Shown here one piece after another: positions 14,205 to 20,000 of a DNA stretch of 20,000 bases (within the stretch, counting starts at the first letter, position 1; every line of letters begins with the position of its first letter). The stretch is taken from positions 113,195 to 133,194 of IMG/VR virus record IMGVR_UViG_3300011813_000035, one strand, 5' to 3'. Both the position numbers and the translations under genes were made by a program. Origin of the DNA: an uncultured virus (IMG/VR IMGVR_UViG_3300011813_000035). Taxonomy: Duplodnaviria; Heunggongvirae; Uroviricota; Caudoviricetes. The notes below the pieces were generated by a model. It was not told the origin of the DNA. It made no database searches and saw only the letters and a program-made list of their open reading frames with translations.

Positions 14205-16397
14205 TTGGTGAAAGTGATAAAAAGAGATCACACAGTAGTTGATTTCGACAAAAACAAGATTAAAAAAGCTATTTTGAAAGCATTTATTGATGTTGATGAT
14301 GAAGAAAGTCCTTACGCGAAAGAAAAGGCAAGAGATATTGCTAATTACATAGAATCTTTAAACAAAAAGATGTCGGTAGAGGAAATTCAGAATATTATTG
14401 AAGAAAAGCTAATGTCTAGCAATCGTAAAGATGTGGCAAGAGCATATATACAATATAGACTCAAAAGAAGTCTCATCAGAGAAAGCAATACAACTGATAA
14501 GAGCATTTTGGAACTGCTTGAAGGAGATAGTGAATACTGGAATACAGAGAATTCTAATAAGAACGCCAAGTTAAATACAACAATCAGGGATTATACGGCA
14601 GGAGTGGTAAGCAAAGACTTGACTGAAAGAATTTTGCTTCCCAAGGATATAGTCAAAGCTCACAACGCCGGTATTATTCACTTCCATGATGAAGATTACT
14701 TTATGCAACTGATGCATAATTGCTGTTTAGTAAATCTTGAGGATATGCTACAGAATGGAACTGTGATTTCTGAGACATTGGTCGAGAAACCCCACAGTTT
14801 TTCAACAGCGTGTAATATTGCAACTCAGATAATTGCACAGGTAGCAAGTTCTCAATATGGCGGACAAAGCATTTCTTTGGCTCATTTAGCTCCATTTGTA
14901 GATATCAGTAGAAAGTCTATTAAAAATGACGTGATTAAAGAGCGAACAATTACAGGAGACGATTTAAATGAAACAAAGATTGATACAACGGTAAAATTGA
15001 GACTTGCTAAAGAGATAAGAAAAGGTATTCAGACTATCCAGTATCAAATAGTGACACTTATGACGACGAATGGTCAAGCTCCGTTTTTAACTTTGTTCAT
15101 GTATTTAGGAGAAACAAAGAGCGAACAGGAAAAGGCCGACCTTGCATTATTAATAGAAGAAACTCTTATTCAGAGTCATCAGGGTGTAAAAAATGAGGGT
15201 GGATCGTGGATCACACCTGCTTTTCCAAAGGTCATATATGTACTGGAAGAAGATAATGTTCGTAAAGACAGTAAATATTGGTATCTTACAGAATTAGCAG
15301 CTAAGTGTTCTGTGAAACGACTTACTCCTGATTACATATCAGAAAAGAAAATGAAAGAGTTAAAAGATGGAAACTGCTATCCTGTAATGGGCTGTAGATC
15401 CGCATTGACTGTTTGGAAAGACGAGAATGGAAATCCTAAGTTCTACGGCAGATTTAATCAAGGAGTAGTAACTCTTAATCTTGTAGATTTAGCGTTATCG
15501 TCAAAAGGTGATTTTGTTAAGTTCTGGGATTTGTTTGAAGAGAGAACTCAATTGTGTCATAGAGCTTTACAATGTAGGCACGAGAGACTTGAGGGAACCC
15601 CGTCTGATGTCGCTCCTATATTATGGCAACATGGGGCGTTAGCAAGACTTGATAAAGGAGAAGTTATAGATAACTTACTTCATGGTGGGTACTCTACATT
15701 ATCACTTGGATATGCAGGATTATATGAATGTGTAAAATATATGACTGGTCATTCACATAGCGACGATGGTATTGGCGAATCATTTGGACTAACTGTAATG
15801 AAGGCTTTAAATGATAAGTGTAATCAATGGAAAGAAGTAGAAAACATTGATTATAGCTTATATGGCACGCCACTGGAGTCAACAACATATAAGTTTTCAA
15901 AGTGTTTGCAGGATAGATTTGGAGTAATTAAAGGGATTACAGATAGGAATTATATTACAAATTCGTACCATATTCCAGTATTTGAAGAAATTGATGCATT
16001 TGATAAACTAGAAAAAGAAGCTAAGTTCCAGAGATGGAGTCCTGGTGGAGCAATATCTTACATAGAATCCCCCAATCTTGATAATAATATCCCAGCAGTA
16101 ATAGAAGTGATTAAATTCATCTATGAAAACAATATCTATGCAGAGATAAACACAAAAAGCGATCACTGTCAGATATGTGGACATGATAAAGAAATTAAAT
16201 TAATTGATAATGATGGCAAACTGATATGGGAATGTCCTAATTGTGGAAATAGAGATGTGAGAACCATGGATATAACCAGAAGGACTTGCGGTTATAAAGG
16301 CACTGCGAGGAATGGTTGGAATCAGGGTAGACTGGGAGACATTCATGACAGAGTTATGCACTTAGATGATATAGAATTAGAAGGAAGTGATTCTTGA
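14205..16397 (+). CDS. nrdD: Anaerobic (class III) ribonucleoside-triphosphate reductase
   Basis: ATP cone (VIKRD...FDKNKI), HNCCL, MGCRS, CQIC/CPNC Zn site, glycyl-radical RRTCGY. Confidence 0.97.
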   Translation: MVKVIKRDHTVVDFDKNKIKKAILKAFIDVDDEESPYAKEKARDIANYIESLNKKMSVEEIQNIIEEKLMSSNRKDVARAYIQYRLKRSLIRESNTTDKSILELLEGDSEYWNTENSNKNAKLNTTIRDYTAGVVSKDLTERILLPKDIVKAHNAGIIHFHDEDYFMQLMHNCCLVNLEDMLQNGTVISETLVEKPHSFSTACNIATQIIAQVASSQYGGQSISLAHLAPFVDISRKSIKNDVIKERTITGDDLNETKIDTTVKLRLAKEIRKGIQTIQYQIVTLMTTNGQAPFLTLFMYLGETKSEQEKADLALLIEETLIQSHQGVKNEGGSWITPAFPKVIYVLEEDNVRKDSKYWYLTELAAKCSVKRLTPDYISEKKMKELKDGNCYPVMGCRSALTVWKDENGNPKFYGRFNQGVVTLNLVDLALSSKGDFVKFWDLFEERTQLCHRALQCRHERLEGTPSDVAPILWQHGALARLDKGEVIDNLLHGGYSTLSLGYAGLYECVKYMTGHSHSDDGIGESFGLTVMKALNDKCNQWKEVENIDYSLYGTPLESTTYKFSKCLQDRFGVIKGITDRNYITNSYHIPVFEEIDAFDKLEKEAKFQRWSPGGAISYIESPNLDNNIPAVIEVIKFIYENNIYAEINTKSDHCQICGHDKEIKLIDNDGKLIWECPNCGNRDVRTMDITRRTCGYKGTARNGWNQGRLGDIHDRVMHLDDIELEGSDS

Positions 16398-16939
16398 TGC
16401 GATATGCGAGTGTTCGCTCTATGGATATCAGCAATGGAGATGGAATAGGAATTTCTTTATTTGTACAAGGTTGTCGTTTCCATTGTAAAAACTGTTTTAA
16501 TGAATCCACATGGGCTTTTAATGGAGGCAAAGAATGGACAAAAGATAAAGAAGATGAGTTCCTAAAGTTGGCAGATAAACAATATATAAAACGAATTAGT
16601 ATCCTTGGCGGCGAGCCTCTGGCAGATGAGAATCTCTCTGGTGTACTTTCACTTGTAAATAAAATACGCCGTTTGTATGGAAACACGAAGAGCATTTGGC
16701 TATACACGGGCTATTATTGGGAATGGATAATGGATAATCAATTTGAAGAACTTGGGAACGGATATTCAAGATGGACAGATCAGGCATTAATTGTATCTCA
16801 ATGCGACATCTTGGTCGATGGAAGATTTATTGATGAGCAGAAAGATTTATCTCTCAGATGGAAAGGCAGTAAGAACCAAAGAGTTATTGATGTTAGAAAA
16901 TCATTTGAATCACGCAGAGTTGTATTGCATTGTGAGTAA
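16394..16939 (+). CDS. nrdG: Anaerobic RNR activating radical-SAM protein
   Basis: NGDGIGISLFVQGCRFHCKNCFN, LGGEP, DGRF, GSKNQR. Confidence 0.96.
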   Translation: MMRYASVRSMDISNGDGIGISLFVQGCRFHCKNCFNESTWAFNGGKEWTKDKEDEFLKLADKQYIKRISILGGEPLADENLSGVLSLVNKIRRLYGNTKSIWLYTGYYWEWIMDNQFEELGNGYSRWTDQALIVSQCDILVDGRFIDEQKDLSLRWKGSKNQRVIDVRKSFESRRVVLHCE

Positions 16940-16973
16940 ATAGTTGACTAATTAGAAAAAAGGAGATTAGAGT

Positions 16974-17405
16974 TTGGAGAAAATTAGAATTAAATATACC
17001 AATCAGATTTTGGAAAGAATCAAGAAAATTAGCATTGGAGACTGGTCGGATCTACGTGCAGCGGAAACAGTAGAAATGAAAGCAGGAGAATTTAGACTAA
17101 TTCCACTTGGAGTTGCTATGGAATTACCAAAGGGATATGAGGCACATGTAGTTCCACGGAGCAGTACGTTCAAGCACTTTGGCATCATTCAAACCAATGG
17201 GATGGGGATTATTGATGAATCGTATTGCGGAGATTCTGATTTTTGGTTCTTTCCTGCATACGCATTAAGAGATACTAAAATTGATATTAACGATAGGATT
17301 TGTCAGTTCCGCATTATTAAGCATCAACCAGAAATAATGTTTGAGGAAGTAGGGATTCTAGGCAATGATGACCGTGGAGGTCATGGTTCAACTGGAACCA
17401 AATAG
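16974..17405 (+). CDS. dut: Trimeric dUTPase
   Basis: [30 protein letters not shown] motifs. Confidence 0.93.
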   Translation: MEKIRIKYTNQILERIKKISIGDWSDLRAAETVEMKAGEFRLIPLGVAMELPKGYEAHVVPRSSTFKHFGIIQTNGMGIIDESYCGDSDFWFFPAYALRDTKIDINDRICQFRIIKHQPEIMFEEVGILGNDDRGGHGSTGTK

Positions 17406-17496
17406 TAACTTTTAAAAATTCTGTGTCCGCGCAAACACAGTTTACATAGATTTAAACCGGATATCGATATCCTCTATAATAAAAAATGGAGGACTT

Positions 17497-18171
17497 ATGA
17501 GGAAATTATTAATAGTAGGCACATTATCATTATGCCTAACCCTTACTATGCCCATGGCAACATGGGCGAATAATATAGAAGAAACCGTAACAACGGCACA
17601 GTTTGAAGAAGCATTACCATATGTAACAGATATGACACCAAAATATACGCAAGCAAATGTAAATATTCGAAAAGAACCAAATGTTAATTCAGAAGTTTAT
17701 GGACAAACGCTACTTAATATGTCAGTAGATGTAATTGTTGAAATTGGTGGTTGGAGCATGATTTACGCTGAAGACTGTGAAAACAATTATGCGTTTATAA
17801 AGTCAGAGTACTTATTAGATACGGAAATTAAATATTCAGAAGAAGATTTATACGTAATGGCTCACTTAATTGCGGGTGAAGCTCAACCATGTGATGATGC
17901 TGAACAAAGATATGTTGCTTCTGTTGTATTAAATAGAGTTAAACACCCTGGGTTTGCTAATACAATTAAAGATGTAGTGTTTGAGAAAGGACAATATGCT
18001 TGCATACCTAAACGAACTTATTACAGAGAACCAACAGAGAGTAATTGGGCTAATGCTAAATGGATACTTGAAAACGGTAGTATTATACCTGATTATGTAA
18101 TTTGGCAGTCTAAAGATAAACAGGGCAAAGGAGTTTATTTGAAGACTAAGTGGCATACATATTGTTATTGA
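17497..18171 (+). CDS. Secreted SH3b + SleB-like (Hydrolase_2) cell-wall hydrolase
   Basis: Signal peptide; VNIRKEPN SH3b motif; AHLIAGEA...VASVVLNRVKHPGFANTIKDVVFEKGQY. Confidence 0.85.
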   Translation: MRKLLIVGTLSLCLTLTMPMATWANNIEETVTTAQFEEALPYVTDMTPKYTQANVNIRKEPNVNSEVYGQTLLNMSVDVIVEIGGWSMIYAEDCENNYAFIKSEYLLDTEIKYSEEDLYVMAHLIAGEAQPCDDAEQRYVASVVLNRVKHPGFANTIKDVVFEKGQYACIPKRTYYREPTESNWANAKWILENGSIIPDYVIWQSKDKQGKGVYLKTKWHTYCY

Positions 18172-18208
18172 ATAAGGAGATGAAGGAATAGGCAATCAAG
18201 ATACGGCA

Positions 18209-19501
18209 ATGAAGGATATGTTGAAAACATTGCTTAAAAATGGTAATATAGGTATTAGCGACATCGTTGGAGTTCTTTTTGACTATAAGGAGAATTCTAC
18301 GATGAATAAAACAAAGATACCAAAACCAACATATCGACCAGAAAAAGATGTCTGGGTGTTAAATGTGCCTAAACATCTAAGTAGAGATGGAAAAAGACAT
18401 CAAGTTAGAGGAAAGACAAGTGAAGATGCAATTACGGAATATAAAAAGTATATTGTGCTACCAGAAGATGGTATTACAGTTGAAAGTTATATGCTATATG
18501 TATTGCTAACTTACTTCTATAAAAATGTCGATAATACAACGTATGACAGATACGAGGGCACCTATTTAAAACATATTGTTGGAAGTATTCTTGGTCAAAA
18601 ACAGATATGTGATGTTACAGGAGATTACCTAACAGAATGGATGAAAACATATACTAGTGGTAATTATCAAAAACAGACACCTGCCCATTTAAAGGTTCTG
18701 ATTAACGAAACATTTTTAAGAGCTGAACAAAACAAAATAATTACTAAGAATGTGTCGGAGTATATGACTATTTCATATAAGCAGTGTAAAAGTAAAAGAA
18801 GTGACAAGGAACTTTTTACATTAGACGAACTCCAAAGAATCGAAACGATAATTATTGACTCTTGGGCTGGAAAAGTAAACGGACATATACACCTTTATCA
18901 TTATTCACCAATCTTTATGATTATGGCGTTAAGTGGAATTAGAATAGGCGAAATGATTGCTCTTAAAAAAGAGGATATTAATCGTGCTGAAAGATATATA
19001 TCCATTAACAGACAATGTGTTGAAGAATATGAAAGAGACGACAAAGGCCACAAATTAAAAAAGATTAAGAGGATTACAGATCCTAAGACCAATACGAGTG
19101 TAAGAATAGTGCCATTATCTGAAAGCGTATTGTACTGGATTGACGAACTTGAAAGAAGGCAAACAGAATTAAAAATCATCTCTGAATTTATATTTACAAA
19201 TAGAAAAGGGAAACACCCTCTTAAGTCAAACATTTACGATATGTGGGCTAAAGTATTAAAAGATGCCAACGTCGATTATCGGCCAAGTCATAAACTGAGA
19301 AAGACTTTTATCACGCTTTCGATTGATGGCGGAGTGGAAATGGCAGATGTTGCAAAAATGGTAGGTCACAAAAATATTACAACGACAATTAACACGTATT
19401 ATAAACCAGTGATTGATAAGGAAAAGCATTTAAAAGATGCTAAAATAATTGATGGTATTTTTGGCAATTCCAATATGAATAAGAGGCATATTTATGGGTA
19501 A
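18209..19501 (+). CDS. int: Tyrosine recombinase/integrase (likely start 18302)
   Basis: GIRIGE (R), PKT (K), HKLRKT (HxxR), GH, YY (catalytic Y); AAGGAG at 18287-18292 precedes in-frame ATG 18302. Confidence 0.92.
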   Translation: MKDMLKTLLKNGNIGISDIVGVLFDYKENSTMNKTKIPKPTYRPEKDVWVLNVPKHLSRDGKRHQVRGKTSEDAITEYKKYIVLPEDGITVESYMLYVLLTYFYKNVDNTTYDRYEGTYLKHIVGSILGQKQICDVTGDYLTEWMKTYTSGNYQKQTPAHLKVLINETFLRAEQNKIITKNVSEYMTISYKQCKSKRSDKELFTLDELQRIETIIIDSWAGKVNGHIHLYHYSPIFMIMALSGIRIGEMIALKKEDINRAERYISINRQCVEEYERDDKGHKLKKIKRITDPKTNTSVRIVPLSESVLYWIDELERRQTELKIISEFIFTNRKGKHPLKSNIYDMWAKVLKDANVDYRPSHKLRKTFITLSIDGGVEMADVAKMVGHKNITTTINTYYKPVIDKEKHLKDAKIIDGIFGNSNMNKRHIYG

Positions 19502-19513
19502 AATAAAAGAAGT

Positions 19514-19635
19514 ATGTTGCTCAGATGTTGCCCCATCATAAAAACCCTTAGTGTTTACGGGCTTCTCAGAGTTTTTAAGAGGAATATACTTATCCTCCCC
19601 TTTTTAATGAGAGAAGTCAAAAACCTTAGTGTTTA
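19514..19635. repeat. Direct repeats downstream of the integrase, probable att-region binding sites
   Basis: ATGTTGC at 19514 and 19525; CCTTAGTGTTTA at 19546-19557 and 19624-19635. Confidence 0.55.
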
Positions 19636-19658
19636 TGTGACTTCTCTCGTTTTTATTT
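19609..19658 (+). terminator. Rho-independent terminator-like hairpin after the integrase
   Basis: GAGAGAAGTCA (19609-19619)/TGACTTCTCTC (19638-19648) followed by GTTTTTATTT. Confidence 0.65.
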
Positions 19659-19761
19659 GCGTCAATATATCCGGAATGATATATAATGCCATATATTGAA
19701 TTACACATGTTGGAAAGAAATAATGAATCGATTCTTCATCAATACAGAAGAGGAGAGAAAT

Positions 19762-19792
19762 AAAAAAAAGACTACTCGAAAGTAGTCTTTTT
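19762..19792 (-). terminator. Bidirectional terminator downstream of csp
   Basis: AAAAAGACTACT-CGAA-AGTAGTCTTTTT with A and T runs on both sides. Confidence 0.85.
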
Positions 19793-19799
19793 AATGTTT

Positions 19800-20000
19800 T
19801 TATGCAAGGTTAACGTTTACAGCCTGTGGGCCACGATTACCATCTGTTACTTCAAATGTTACTGACTGTCCATCATCTAAAGACTTGTAACCGTCCATAG
19901 CAAGACCTGAGAAATGTACGAATACATCATTACCCTGCTCATCACAGATAAAACCAAATCCCTTTTGCGCGTTAAACCATTTAACTGTACCTTTTTTCAT
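19800..20000 (-). CDS. cspA: Cold-shock protein, CspA family (probably a host gene)
   Basis: GTVKWFN, RNP1 KGFGFI, RNP2 VFVHF, GPQA; 66 aa. Confidence 0.95.
   Translation of the reverse strand: MKKGTVKWFNAQKGFGFICDEQGNDVFVHFSGLAMDGYKSLDDGQSVTFEVTDGNRGPQAVNVNLA

Larger units (their letters stand above)
1..19660 (+). mobile_element. Prophage segment (right end of a large temperate Firmicutes phage)
   Basis: Dense co-oriented small hypothetical ORFs with AGGAGG-type RBSs; phage-typical MTase, PNK-like, nrdDG, dut and SleB-like genes; terminal tyrosine integrase followed by repeats and a host-like csp gene. No structural genes in the window, so a phage-like ICE is not excluded. Confidence 0.8.

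Noticed and set aside
14205..16939. Intron or intein in nrdD/nrdG
   Set aside because: Both ORFs are continuous and of normal length.
393..19233. Shadow ORFs (393, 2135, 2883, 4945, 5558, 7406, 7660, 10403, 11185, 12809, 13276, 13698, 14387, 14701, 15694, 16354, 16596, 17003, 17929, 18901)
   Set aside because: They overlap better-supported genes antisense or out of frame and show no recognisable motifs.
19514..19699. 61-aa ORF after the integrase
   Set aside because: No RBS; it runs through repeats and a terminator hairpin.
19800..20000. Cold-shock protein as a retron (type V) effector
   Set aside because: It lies 10 kb from the RT, beyond the integrase/att region, and is an ordinary CspA with its own terminator.

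Overview
AT-rich window that looks like the right end of a large temperate prophage of a Clostridia/Lachnospiraceae-type host. It holds a mostly + strand run of small accessory genes (1-13 kb), a nucleotide-metabolism block (ThyX-like, gmk, NDT-like, nrdD-nrdG, dut), an SleB-like hydrolase, a tyrosine integrase, a probable att junction (~19.5-19.7 kb) and a probably host-encoded cold-shock gene. Four things stand out. (1) A self-contained antisense cassette (8232-9845): sigmaA promoter, ~330-nt structured RNA with retron-like a1/a2 repeats, a 74-aa Asn-rich/transmembrane ORF whose Shine-Dalgarno is locked in a 13-bp hairpin, a retron-type reverse transcriptase and a terminator. The geometry suggests reverse transcription itself would destroy the anti-SD and switch on the small protein. 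(2) A 16-bp motif T(A/G)AAA-N6-(T/A)TT(C/T)A found by eye at 17 gene or cassette boundaries, often starting on a stop codon. It brackets both antisense cassettes, suggesting a gene-cassette recombination or regulatory site system. (3) A circularly permuted C5 DNA methyltransferase. (4) A textbook -1 frameshift signal (A AAT TTT, 6 nt, 11-bp stem) that would append an extra TRD-like module to that methyltransferase. All calls are from reading the sequence and recalled motifs; no database search or folding computation was run.
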